Shown: piece by piece, positions 53,681 to 63,998 of the stretch
Position numbering within the stretch: the first letter of the stretch is position 1
Layout: each line of letters begins with the position of its first letter
From: a virus
Lineage: Duplodnaviria; Caudoviricetes
Length of the DNA stretch: 64,000 nt
Virus record (IMG/VR): IMGVR_UViG_3300021425_002620
Strand: one strand, 5' to 3'
The notes under the pieces: generated by a model
What the model was told of the DNA's origin: nothing
Seen by the model: only the letters and a program-made list of their open reading frames with translations
The model's database searches: none
Program-made: the position numbers and the translations under genes

Positions 53681-56575
53681 TTAGTTCCTCATATTCCAAC
53701 CAGCAGCTCTTAAGAACTCTAGTTGTTCTACTGCTTCGCCTGTTATTGTTGCAGTGTTTGCTAAGTTTACACTTACACCACTACGTGGATTTGCTTCATA
53801 GTTTGCAACACAATCGGCAATAATATCATTTACTGCTTGACCTGTAAGTGTTGGGTTATTACTTAAATCAAATCTTCTTAATGATCTCATACCAACAATA
53901 GCACCTACTGTATAGCCACTAAACAAGTTATTGTTTAGATATAAGTCATAACACAATTCTAAATTACTCATTGAAGGAACATTACCTGCAATTTGGTTGT
54001 AACTAAGGAATAGTCTTAAGATATTAGGTGTTGCAAGACCGTTAAACTCAGTTAGCTGATTTCTATGTAGGTACAGATATCTTAATCCTAAACTTTCAAT
54101 AATAGGAACAGCGCCTGATAACAAGTTTTGATATAGGTGTACATAGTAAACACTTGGATTATTAAATAAACTTGGTACTGTTCCTGTAAATTTATTTTGC
54201 AAAAATACAACATATCTTAAACGTTGCATCGATGCGAAACTTGGTATATTACCTGTTACACCTCTATTAAAACTACGTATTTCCAATCCACGCATGTTAG
54301 ATGATTTTGAAAACAAATCCGGATGAAGTGGTGCATTAAATAAACTACTACTGCTTATTCTAAAATACTGCATAGTTGTAAAACAATCATCAAATAAATC
54401 TTCATGTAATACATATTCTCTATCTACTACTCTAATATTAGAGTAGTTTATAGCATTTGTTGATAAGTCTGCTGTAAACACTGTATACTTTGTACTTGCA
54501 CCTGCACCAACTTGTGTAAAATCTACTCTAACTCTAGCATTTGTTGCGTTTGTAGCAGTAGTAGAAGTAGCCTGAAATACTGTTCCAACAGTATTGTTAG
54601 CAGCACCTAATGTAGTAAAGTCAAAATCACTACTATCTACAATTTGATAGTATTCGTCAAGAACAATATTATTTGTTGTTACATCAGGGTTATACCAAAT
54701 TTGATATTCTATGCCATCTTCCATATCAATAGCATCAATCATTTTACCACCCGATATTCTACTGTATCTTGATTCAAACTGATACAGTACATTATTACCT
54801 TGGAATTTACCAATTGGTCCGTAATATCTATTACTGTAGCAATAAATTCTTTGTAAAGAACTACAGTTTAAAAACTTATAATCTCCTGCTGGAGTATATA
54901 ATAGTCCGTCATCTGTGATACTGCCGCCTCGTTGATAATGATTATAAAAGTTTCTTAATGTAGTTTTTCCTGTTAGATTTGGATTGTTAATACCCTGATT
55001 ATTTCCAATATTGATGTAATCAATATCGTTACTATCAATTCTAAAATTAGGTTCAGTTATACTATTAGCATATAAATTAAGCACTCTTAGATTTGGTAAT
55101 GACATTAGACTATCTGGTATATTATCAAATTGATTACGATATGCATAATAATTTCTACAAGTTATATGTACTTCGGGTAAAAATCCATCTGGGTCTGCAC
55201 TATCTCTACCAAAAAAGTTTCTTGCTCCGCCTCTACTGTGACTGTTTAAATTAAGCGTAACTAGTTTAGGTAATCCTGTTGTTAAATCTGCGACAGTTCC
55301 TGTTCCACCTGCATCAGTGCCTGTTGCAGTAAATGTTTGGTATAGAGCATTTGTTCCAGCACCTACTGTTGCAAAGTTTGAAACTGCTCCACCTTGACCG
55401 TCGTCTAATGTCAATATTGTATACTGTCTTCCAATTACAAGATTTCCGTCTGTAATTGTATCTGGTTTAAAGTTCCCTGTGATAGAACCATTGTATGTGT
55501 TTCCAAAACGTATTTCAGTTACAGTTTTTGGTATTCTATCAACAACTGCTTGGTTAAAAGATCTAAGATTTGGATCACCACTTAACTCCATATTATTTTC
55601 ACGTATATCTAACAATAGTAGATTTGGTGCAAAAACAGTAAAGTCTGGCATTGTTTTAATTAAGTTCCTGTATATGTATATGTACTGTAAACTTTCCAAA
55701 GAAGCCAATGGTAGTTCTTCAATACCAACTGCATATAACGGAAGTGTTCGAATATTGTTTGGATTATGATATATTTCGATATTTTTACTTGCAGCCCTAG
55801 TGTCTCTATATCTTAAAAAACTTCGAGTAGTATCAGATCCACCAACGTTCTCATATTCTCTAGTTAAGTATTCAGCAGTATTGTTGACAATTCTCCAACT
55901 TACTGCACCTCTATTAACTAATCTTAGATCACTATCAAGATTTCTAAAGAAACCTTTAAACACCAAAGGAATACCTTTCATAGCATAAAAATATAAAGTA
56001 CTACCGTTTAGTTCTATTTCTATTTTGTGTGTCGGAACTTCAGAATCCCTAAAACGAACTGCGATTGGAGGATCTAATAATTCAATTTCAGGTGTTTTTA
56101 CAGGCCCATCAACTTCTACAGCACCACCATAAAAAATAGGACTTATTTCTGTAGAGTTTGGACTGTCTGGAGAACTCCAACTAGATATACGACTTGTTGA
56201 AATATCTGCATATTTTAGTGTTATATCGTCTGCTTTATCAATATATTGATACTTAATACTTGCAGCACCTAGCTGTCCATTAATAGTTAGGTTGCCTTTT
56301 AAAGGCTCTGTTGTTCCTGCTGTTTGATCAATAATACTTGCATATTGTTGTGTATCAGTATAAAGTTTAGTTAGATATGTTTGTACTGGAACATTAAGGC
56401 CACTAAGAGCTCTAACATCATCTGCTGTAATGCCTAAGTCGCCTGCTGCACCACGAATAACATCTAAGTCTTTTATGTCCACGCCTATGTTTGCTAGAGC
56501 TTGCGTATTGTTAACAATATCTGCTAGGTTTCGGTTTACATTAAGTCCAAACTTTAATTCGCCTTCAACTGCCAT
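53681..56575 (-). CDS. leucine-rich-repeat virion protein
   Basis: Many LxxLxLxxN units, including plant-type xNxFS/TGxVP repeats. Confidence 0.8.
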   Translation of the reverse strand: MAVEGELKFGLNVNRNLADIVNNTQALANIGVDIKDLDVIRGAAGDLGITADDVRALSGLNVPVQTYLTKLYTDTQQYASIIDQTAGTTEPLKGNLTINGQLGAASIKYQYIDKADDITLKYADISTSRISSWSSPDSPNSTEISPIFYGGAVEVDGPVKTPEIELLDPPIAVRFRDSEVPTHKIEIELNGSTLYFYAMKGIPLVFKGFFRNLDSDLRLVNRGAVSWRIVNNTAEYLTREYENVGGSDTTRSFLRYRDTRAASKNIEIYHNPNNIRTLPLYAVGIEELPLASLESLQYIYIYRNLIKTMPDFTVFAPNLLLLDIRENNMELSGDPNLRSFNQAVVDRIPKTVTEIRFGNTYNGSITGNFKPDTITDGNLVIGRQYTILTLDDGQGGAVSNFATVGAGTNALYQTFTATGTDAGGTGTVADLTTGLPKLVTLNLNSHSRGGARNFFGRDSADPDGFLPEVHITCRNYYAYRNQFDNIPDSLMSLPNLRVLNLYANSITEPNFRIDSNDIDYINIGNNQGINNPNLTGKTTLRNFYNHYQRGGSITDDGLLYTPAGDYKFLNCSSLQRIYCYSNRYYGPIGKFQGNNVLYQFESRYSRISGGKMIDAIDMEDGIEYQIWYNPDVTTNNIVLDEYYQIVDSSDFDFTTLGAANNTVGTVFQATSTTATNATNARVRVDFTQVGAGASTKYTVFTADLSTNAINYSNIRVVDREYVLHEDLFDDCFTTMQYFRISSSSLFNAPLHPDLFSKSSNMRGLEIRSFNRGVTGNIPSFASMQRLRYVVFLQNKFTGTVPSLFNNPSVYYVHLYQNLLSGAVPIIESLGLRYLYLHRNQLTEFNGLATPNILRLFLSYNQIAGNVPSMSNLELCYDLYLNNNLFSGYTVGAIVGMRSLRRFDLSNNPTLTGQAVNDIIADCVANYEANPRSGVSVNLANTATITGEAVEQLEFLRAAGWNMRN

Positions 56576-56579
56576 TTGT

Positions 56580-59500
56580 TTATGCTTCCTTAGTTGTAAT
56601 ACTTACGCTTACAAGATTTTCGTCATTGTTTTCTAAACTTCTTGCTGTTACGAAAGTTGCTGTTGTATTTAACACTCCCGGCGATATGGTTGTTCTATCT
56701 GGGCCATAAACACTATCTAGTTTAAATGAGTTACTTTTGTTTGGTGCAACATAAAGGGTATCTTTTAGTATACCTGGTCTTAAAGGTTGAACATTTTGTA
56801 CATCAACACTTGTACTTGCTAATCTTTCTTTTTCAAGATAGTTTGCAGCAGGAACATTAGTTAAAGAACTTCCGCTTGTAACAATTTCTATGCCGTCATT
56901 TGTAAGCCACTCTGGGCTAAATGCTCTTGTTGTTCCATTAATAAACTCAGTAATAGTAATATTATTTACTTCGGCATTGTCGCGCATCCATATAGTTGCA
57001 TACAATGGTTTTGGTTGGAAACTAAAGATTTTTGATTTTGAAATATATTTTCTATCGTCGCCAGTTAATGATTTATCTTCAATTCGAATTGGACTTAGTT
57101 TTAAGGTAAACGAAGCATTTTGAGGGTCGCCGCTTATTGGAGCATAATATGCAATAGCTTGACTTTGAGCATTTGCAATATAGTCGTCAATTTCGCCGGT
57201 AAAGAATAATCCACTTGAATTATCTCCTATACCAAACTCTCCTCCTGTTAGTAAAAAGTCGCCTAATAGTTCACTTGGCTCTGACTCCCAAATAATATAA
57301 TGTCCATCTTCTTGTTGTGTAACAGGATTAACAGTTTGATAGTTAACTTGGAATTCAAGCCTGTCATCTATAGTAATTGTTACGCCAGAACAAACTCCAG
57401 AATCTGCACCTGCTGGTCGAGGCAATCTATAATCAATATCTAATCTAACACCTGCTGGTGAATCGCCTTCATTTTCTTCATAGCCGTCTCTGTCTCTATA
57501 TATACTTGACTGTGTAAACTCTGCATATAGTACATCGCCTAATGCAGGATCATCATTTGTTATACCATCCTTGCGTTGAAATTTTAATTTTTCAACTGGT
57601 GTACCTTGTGGATTTAGTTCTGAAACTAGTACTGGTTTCTTTTCTGTTACTCCAACTATAAATTCACAAAAATGACCAAAAGACTCTCTTCTTACAGGAT
57701 TTAAAAAATTAATATCAAAAGCATTTCCTGTAATAGGATATGTTGCTCCTGCTACAGCATCATAATAACTTGTAAATCTAACTTGTGTTAGGTCTAATGT
57801 AGTAAGCTCTACAACACCGTCTATTCCTCCTGCTATACGCACTTCTTGTGGTAATACATCAGGAGCCTTAACGTAAAGGTCTTCTAAACCAATTCTTTGA
57901 AAAGTACCACCATCTTCGCCTGATGGATCTGCATATGTACTGAATACTCCATCAACAATCAATTTTGCATCATCATCAATAGTTCTTAATATAGGATACC
58001 CTGCGGCAGTACCTCCACTAACGTAATCACCATATAAACTACTGTCAACCGCGAGAGTTAAATTAGCATCTGTGTAAAGGCCAAATGTAGTATCACTGAA
58101 TACATAAACATAATACTCGTAAGTATTAACTTCAGTCATACCAACAACGTCTTCAATAGTAACTTTTTGTTTATCGTAGTATCCGTGTGCTGTTGCAGTA
58201 GTTACTGTTGCATACGAATCTTTAGTAATATTAGTTATAGCAATTGGATCTTGTGGATTAATAGTAAAGTTTTGTCCAGAAGCATCAACGTTAATACTTC
58301 TAATTTGTCCATTTTGAGTTGCATGTAAACTAGGACTATAATGATGTCCAAAGCCAGGACATCCGTCAATCTCTCTTACTTCTAGTTGTGTTAATTGATC
58401 TGCATCTACTTTTAAATCTACAGGGTACACGTTCTTTTTATTTGGCTTTGCAATACCGTCTTGGTTTCTAATAACTTGCTTAGGATATATTCCTAAAATA
58501 CTATTATCTCTTGCAGCATTTACTGGCTTGCTATCTGCAGAATAAGTGTAAAATTTACCTGCTGAATTATCACCACCGTCAATATAACACGAAGCACCAT
58601 ACTTATACAAGTATTGTGGAGTTCTAACACTTGAAGTATCATTAATATCTTGTAGATATAAGAATTTAAAATAAGGATCTTGCAAACATGGTTCGCCTAA
58701 TTGGTTTTCGATTGTTAATGTGTGTATTAACACCCATCGTGCATCTCCATTGTCTACAGGAACATATGCATAAAATTTTGCACCAATAGCACCGTACCAA
58801 CCAAATTCAATTTTATACATAGTAACTTTAGTTGGATCAAGTAAGTATCCACTACGTCCATTACCATTTAACGGATCACCATTAAAGAACTCTCTTTGAA
58901 TAACTAGTTCGTAAAATTCATCTTCGCTATACGGTTCTCTAGATTGAACAACTACTTGATCTTCAGGTTGGAAGCCCATATTATTTAATACTTCGTTTGG
59001 AAGTCTAACAGTACTACGTCTAACAATGTTAAATTGTGGACCTCTAATTTGAAACACATATTGATCAGTAGGATTACCTATTCCCCATTCTATAATATTT
59101 TCTAATGATGCTTCGTCACGTGAGCAACGGAAACCATATGTAAATCCTGAAATACGTCCTGGCTGATATCTGTATGCTTTTTTACTTGTTAATTGTCCGT
59201 AATATTTGTTAGTACTGCTTGCACCTGGACGAGTGTTTGTAGCGTCATATCCGTCTGGAAATTTAATAGGCTTACCTGTGCCAGGATGTAGCAATAAACT
59301 ATCACGCATATCCATCCATGCTTGACACCATACTTCTATTAGGTCATATCCGTATTGCTCGTCTTCAGGGTATATAATTTCATCATCTTGTTCGTAAACT
59401 AGAGCAGGATCTAAGAAATTATTTTTAGCAAAATCAGGATACACGCCAGTAAATTCTTGGAACATAATATTTCCAAGTTCTACAAATTTTGTATACCTTG

Positions 59501-60032
59501 CCCATTGCTGAACATTGTAGTTAGGATAGTTTGGGCCATTTGGTGCAGTAAATGCTACAGGAAAACTTTCAATTGTTAATGCTTGTTCATTAATATTTTC
59601 TACAAGGCGAGTATAATAATGGTCGCCATAAATTTTATTGTTGCGTCTATACCATCCGACCGGACGTCCAAATACGCCATTAAATTGATAAAACTCCCAT
59701 TCTTCAGGATTACGACCATATGTTGATACGTCTGAGAATAAACTTAACTGTACTTCGCCTCTAGGTATACCTAATAATGTTGTAGAAACTTCCGATGTTT
59801 CAGCAAATATTTCTTGTATACCTAAAGATGTATCAGGTGCTTCGTTGTTTACTACAACACTTAAAGAGTTTTCTGCTTTAGATAATGCTTCTACAGGACC
59901 TTCTTCTTCTGTTACAAGGATATTCCCATTACTATCACGTAGAGGAACACCTTGTACAATATCATAAAGCGGAACAAGGGTTTTAACTGTAGGTATGGGT
60001 ATAATATCATGACCTATCTTAATCTGAGGCAT
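56580..60032 (-). CDS. large tail-associated protein (lectin-like core, FCCH-like beta insert)
   Basis: YQPGRISGFTYG, IEFGWYGAIGA and KYGASCYIDGG motifs; TTATAHG insert. Confidence 0.7.
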   Translation of the reverse strand: MPQIKIGHDIIPIPTVKTLVPLYDIVQGVPLRDSNGNILVTEEEGPVEALSKAENSLSVVVNNEAPDTSLGIQEIFAETSEVSTTLLGIPRGEVQLSLFSDVSTYGRNPEEWEFYQFNGVFGRPVGWYRRNNKIYGDHYYTRLVENINEQALTIESFPVAFTAPNGPNYPNYNVQQWARYTKFVELGNIMFQEFTGVYPDFAKNNFLDPALVYEQDDEIIYPEDEQYGYDLIEVWCQAWMDMRDSLLLHPGTGKPIKFPDGYDATNTRPGASSTNKYYGQLTSKKAYRYQPGRISGFTYGFRCSRDEASLENIIEWGIGNPTDQYVFQIRGPQFNIVRRSTVRLPNEVLNNMGFQPEDQVVVQSREPYSEDEFYELVIQREFFNGDPLNGNGRSGYLLDPTKVTMYKIEFGWYGAIGAKFYAYVPVDNGDARWVLIHTLTIENQLGEPCLQDPYFKFLYLQDINDTSSVRTPQYLYKYGASCYIDGGDNSAGKFYTYSADSKPVNAARDNSILGIYPKQVIRNQDGIAKPNKKNVYPVDLKVDADQLTQLEVREIDGCPGFGHHYSPSLHATQNGQIRSINVDASGQNFTINPQDPIAITNITKDSYATVTTATAHGYYDKQKVTIEDVVGMTEVNTYEYYVYVFSDTTFGLYTDANLTLAVDSSLYGDYVSGGTAAGYPILRTIDDDAKLIVDGVFSTYADPSGEDGGTFQRIGLEDLYVKAPDVLPQEVRIAGGIDGVVELTTLDLTQVRFTSYYDAVAGATYPITGNAFDINFLNPVRRESFGHFCEFIVGVTEKKPVLVSELNPQGTPVEKLKFQRKDGITNDDPALGDVLYAEFTQSSIYRDRDGYEENEGDSPAGVRLDIDYRLPRPAGADSGVCSGVTITIDDRLEFQVNYQTVNPVTQQEDGHYIIWESEPSELLGDFLLTGGEFGIGDNSSGLFFTGEIDDYIANAQSQAIAYYAPISGDPQNASFTLKLSPIRIEDKSLTGDDRKYISKSKIFSFQPKPLYATIWMRDNAEVNNITITEFINGTTRAFSPEWLTNDGIEIVTSGSSLTNVPAANYLEKERLASTSVDVQNVQPLRPGILKDTLYVAPNKSNSFKLDSVYGPDRTTISPGVLNTTATFVTARSLENNDENLVSVSITTKEA

Positions 60033-60035
60033 GGA

Positions 60036-63000
60036 TTATTGCTCCTCCCATGTAAAGCTCGCACTTAACGAAACCTGTGTATCAGTTGTAGCTGTTTGGT
60101 TACTATATGCTGCTAACCAAAGTGTTGCGATCTCGTCAGTAAGTGGATAACTTATATACTCCTTATTATAATCAAAATATGTTGCTAAGTCAAATTCTTC
60201 TGCACCTGGTGCAATGTAGTAACTTGCTAAAGAAATACCTGTTCCTGGAATAGGTGCTTGCGCTCTTAGTGCTACTTCTACAGAACTTAAACGTTCTTTT
60301 TCAAATGTAGTTTCGCTTGGATTTAATTCATTTCCATTTGGATCAAAAACACCGTCTTTTAAGAAAGTTGCGCCCGATGCAAGAACTAGTGTACCGTTAT
60401 AAATTTCAGTTGGATAAAAATGATATGCATCACTTTCTTTTTCTAATCTACCCAATACATTAATTAATGTTTCACTGCCGTTTAGACTTGCTAAGAACCA
60501 ACCATAAGTAAAGTCACCGTTTTCTTTTAAATAAGTGATGTTATCTACAGGAATAGTATAACTTGCGTTTACATCAGATTCTGCTGTAACACTAAGTGTG
60601 CCAACTGTTTGTACATTATTTTGATATATTGGTGTTTTAAGTAATGTTAGTTTAGCATTAACATTACCTGAAGATCCTACACTTAAACGTGTTGGATAAA
60701 CCTGTACACGGTTACGCACATCATCACCGTCACCTGATACAATATTATCTTTAGTTTTTAAACCGTATACCAGTGCTGGTCTGTCAACAATAACACTTAA
60801 TGAACTAACTTGGCTAATTGGTTTGTTCAAATACAAGTAACCGTTTGCTGTATCAATCCAAACAACTTTTACGTTTTGGTCTTGTGAGTTACCAGTAATA
60901 ACTTGTGCGCCAATATAAAATGTACTTACTACTGGAGCTTCTCTGTTTCCACTATCAAATGGTCCACGGTTAGTAACTTGTATGTAAGGTGATACTGGAT
61001 CGTCAGCATTTGCACTGTCTACTCCTAGTGTATATCTCGATCCATTTATATCAGTTGGTGTGTCTGAACTATGATTAAACAATCTTACAGTACCACGGTC
61101 ACCACCATCAATATAGTATGAAGCACCATACTTAACAAGGAACTCTGAATATGTACCATATGGATTAGCAAGTCTTGAGCTATTTGCTATACCAAATCTA
61201 TTTTCACTACCACCGCCATAAACTAGATATGTAATTGGAAGTGTTGCGTTACCTAGCGAAGATATCTTCAACTGGTTTGAACAACGTAGATGGTGTACTC
61301 TTACCCAACGAGCATCACCGTTGTCTACAGGAACATATGCTAAGAATAGAGCACCAACCGCACCATACCAACTAAATTCAACTTTAAGCATAGTTACCTT
61401 ACTAAAGTCAAAGTCCCAAACTGATGTTTGCTCTGCTGCTACATCACCGTTTCTAAATACTTCACCTGCACGTTTGTCTAGTACATTATCTGAATAAACT
61501 GCTGTACGTGTTTGTCCATCTAGGGCATCACCACTAAATCTTGATCTACCTACTCTATATTCATATACGCTAAAGTAAGTTGGATCTACGTTATCTCTAA
61601 CCCATGTTTTATATTTAAAGTTAAGATCGTCAATTTGTGTTTTTAGTTGTGCTGCATTTTGTGCAGTATCAATAGCAGTATCAATAAATCCTGCTGTAAT
61701 TGAGTTTGCATCTGCAGGTAGTGTTCCTGTATCTGTGTACATATATGGGAACATACCGTCATAACGTCTTTGTCCTAGTGTCCACGCTGGATCAACATCT
61801 TCGTATACGTTAGGTACAATAAACGGAACAGGTGTTTCAATGTAGTGTGGCCCGTTGCCTGTTGCTGTTATATCAATTACAGCATCGTCTGGGTTAACGT
61901 CAAACTCATTAAATCCTGCTTCTGTTGGATCTCTTAACTGTATTACAGTACCTTTAGGTCCAGTTACATTTGCAACGAAGTATGTCTTACCATTTACTAA
62001 GTCTGGACAATCTCCATAATAGTTTACGTAAGAACCTATGATAACTGGTTCGCCTGCATAAGCAATAGCATTGTTGTCTACATCAAGTTTTGCTGGTGCC
62101 TTGTATTTCTTCTTAAGTAATGAAGGATCATAAACTGCTGCATGAACCATTATTAATCCATCACGTAAAATAACTAAATCGCCAAACTGTCCTGCTGAGC
62201 CAAATTCTACAGAACCTGTGTATTCGTTATTAAAGTTGTTTATAATAATTGTTGCTAGATCTGTTAATCTAACTTTTTGTGCATCGCTTAGTGCAAAGAA
62301 TGTGCAAACATCAGTATAACCTGATAGTGAAAACGTAGTTTGTGTTCCACTGAATACTTCACCCGGTTGTTGTCCTGTCAATAACCATAATAAGTATTTG
62401 TGTCTTTCAACTTCTGCAACAACACCATTTCCGTCAGTTTGTGAATAAACTTTTAGCTCGCCATCTGAGTAATATTTCTTAGCATTATACGCTGTGGCTG
62501 CATTGCCACCGTACTGTAAGTCACTAGCATAACCTCTAACAACATACTTAACATCTCTTAAACACTTAAATTTAAGAACATCTTCGTATGCTTGTGCATC
62601 TGCGTATGAAAATCCTTTTTCTGCATTTACAAATTGAGTAGCATCGTATGCTAAACTTTCACCAATTAAATAACCTAGGTACTTGTCATAAACGCTAAAG
62701 ATTGTATCAAGTTTTGGTTTTTGACCATATGTTGCTGCTGCAACCTGTGCTTGTGTGATAGCACCTGTAGTTCCATCAGGTCCTGGTACTGGAGGATACT
62801 TACTACCCGGAGTACCATTTTTAGTTACTGCTTGAAGCATATATGCTGCAAGGTCTGCTACTTTATCTCTAGCTTCTAATTCGCCTAATTTATATAATTC
62901 GTCTCTTAGCACATAACGGAAGTAGTAGTGTGTTTCGCCTTCACGTTCTGCATCTAATAATAATGCTGTTTGATACGTAGTAGCATTTGTAATTGTATGA

Positions 63001-63998
63001 CCATTACCGCCCCAACGCAAGTCAGCAATATATGCATCTAGTGCAAATTCTAAGTCACGTAAACATTTAACATCATCTGTACTGCTTAGATTAATTGGAG
63101 CAACTGTGTCTAATATTGTTTGCTTGTTTGCATCAATAGCATCTGCTGCGTCAGTTAATGAACCGGCACCTCTCCAACTTCTATCTGGTACATCTCTGTT
63201 ACCAGGCAAGCTCTTAATAATATCGCCTTCCTTGATAACACCTAAAATAATTGCCATCAAATCTGTTGCTTTTTTAGCTTCTGCAATAGTACCTACATTT
63301 GCAGTATTTTGTGATTGACTGTTTTGTGTGTAACCACTATAAGCTGTTGCACTTGCACTTGTTGCAATAGTGTTTGCATCTGTGTCAATTGCTGTTTTAG
63401 CATTTGTTAGTGAAGCAGCCGCCCATGATGTATCTGGAGTAACAACTGCTGGTAAACCTGTATCGTTTTCTGCATCAATTGCATCTACAACAATTTGCAC
63501 AAGAGCTTCTGTCGCTGCACCGTCTGCTATGTCTGCATCAGTACCTGAAGTAACCTGTGTTACTGTATTACCTGGTGAACGTGTAATAGTAGTTCCTTCA
63601 ACAACATCACCAATAATTGCTACTAGTCTTTCATATGCTGCAACTGTTTGGTTTTTATGCACATCTGAAGTTTGAGCAAAGTCTTCGTAGAAGAAGAACT
63701 CTGTTGCTTCTACAGTAGCAAAGTTACCACCGTAACACATATCGTGTGCAACTGCGTTTGCTACAAACAACACATCACGAGTACATTTTGCAACTGGGTG
63801 TTTTGAGTTAGGATACTGTTGTTCTACCCAAGCATTTATTTCTGCTGTTAAGAAATCATAGTTTGCTTGAATTTTATCTTTACATGCTAATTGACTTGCT
63901 GTACGTCCGCTTGATGGATTTGTAAATGTAATAGCTTTTAAGAAATCAATTTGTTTTTGCTGTGTTTCTGAATAGTATTCAACACGAGTATTTTGATC
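60036..63998 (-). CDS. large tail-associated protein, paralog of the 56580 gene; runs off the right edge
   Basis: Frame is open from 63773 to the window end (manual translation); shares VPVDNGDARWV; three KCxRD...GGN repeats. Confidence 0.8.
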   Translation of the reverse strand, partial: DQNTRVEYYSETQQKQIDFLKAITFTNPSSGRTASQLACKDKIQANYDFLTAEINAWVEQQYPNSKHPVAKCTRDVLFVANAVAHDMCYGGNFATVEATEFFFYEDFAQTSDVHKNQTVAAYERLVAIIGDVVEGTTITRSPGNTVTQVTSGTDADIADGAATEALVQIVVDAIDAENDTGLPAVVTPDTSWAAASLTNAKTAIDTDANTIATSASATAYSGYTQNSQSQNTANVGTIAEAKKATDLMAIILGVIKEGDIIKSLPGNRDVPDRSWRGAGSLTDAADAIDANKQTILDTVAPINLSSTDDVKCLRDLEFALDAYIADLRWGGNGHTITNATTYQTALLLDAEREGETHYYFRYVLRDELYKLGELEARDKVADLAAYMLQAVTKNGTPGSKYPPVPGPDGTTGAITQAQVAAATYGQKPKLDTIFSVYDKYLGYLIGESLAYDATQFVNAEKGFSYADAQAYEDVLKFKCLRDVKYVVRGYASDLQYGGNAATAYNAKKYYSDGELKVYSQTDGNGVVAEVERHKYLLWLLTGQQPGEVFSGTQTTFSLSGYTDVCTFFALSDAQKVRLTDLATIIINNFNNEYTGSVEFGSAGQFGDLVILRDGLIMVHAAVYDPSLLKKKYKAPAKLDVDNNAIAYAGEPVIIGSYVNYYGDCPDLVNGKTYFVANVTGPKGTVIQLRDPTEAGFNEFDVNPDDAVIDITATGNGPHYIETPVPFIVPNVYEDVDPAWTLGQRRYDGMFPYMYTDTGTLPADANSITAGFIDTAIDTAQNAAQLKTQIDDLNFKYKTWVRDNVDPTYFSVYEYRVGRSRFSGDALDGQTRTAVYSDNVLDKRAGEVFRNGDVAAEQTSVWDFDFSKVTMLKVEFSWYGAVGALFLAYVPVDNGDARWVRVHHLRCSNQLKISSLGNATLPITYLVYGGGSENRFGIANSSRLANPYGTYSEFLVKYGASYYIDGGDRGTVRLFNHSSDTPTDINGSRYTLGVDSANADDPVSPYIQVTNRGPFDSGNREAPVVSTFYIGAQVITGNSQDQNVKVVWIDTANGYLYLNKPISQVSSLSVIVDRPALVYGLKTKDNIVSGDGDDVRNRVQVYPTRLSVGSSGNVNAKLTLLKTPIYQNNVQTVGTLSVTAESDVNASYTIPVDNITYLKENGDFTYGWFLASLNGSETLINVLGRLEKESDAYHFYPTEIYNGTLVLASGATFLKDGVFDPNGNELNPSETTFEKERLSSVEVALRAQAPIPGTGISLASYYIAPGAEEFDLATYFDYNKEYISYPLTDEIATLWLAAYSNQTATTDTQVSLSASFTWEEQ
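62502..63789 (-). repeat. three helical KCxRD-x(14)-GGN protein repeats
   Basis: KCTRDVLFVANAVAHDMCYGGN (63723-63789), KCLRDLEFALDAYIADLRWGGN (63003-63068), KCLRDVKYVVRGYASDLQYGGN (62502-62567). Confidence 0.85.

Noticed and set aside
58100-58260. Ubiquitin-activating E1 FCCH-like segment suggesting a ubiquitin system
   Set aside because: A common small beta insert in phage structural proteins; no E1/E2/Ubl genes nearby.
11-63675. Numerous short plus-strand (and nested minus-strand) ORFs in the track, e.g. 11..439, 1005..1208, 31027..31416, 47444..47809
   Set aside because: Antisense or out-of-frame shadows of well-supported genes; no SD, motifs or operon fit.
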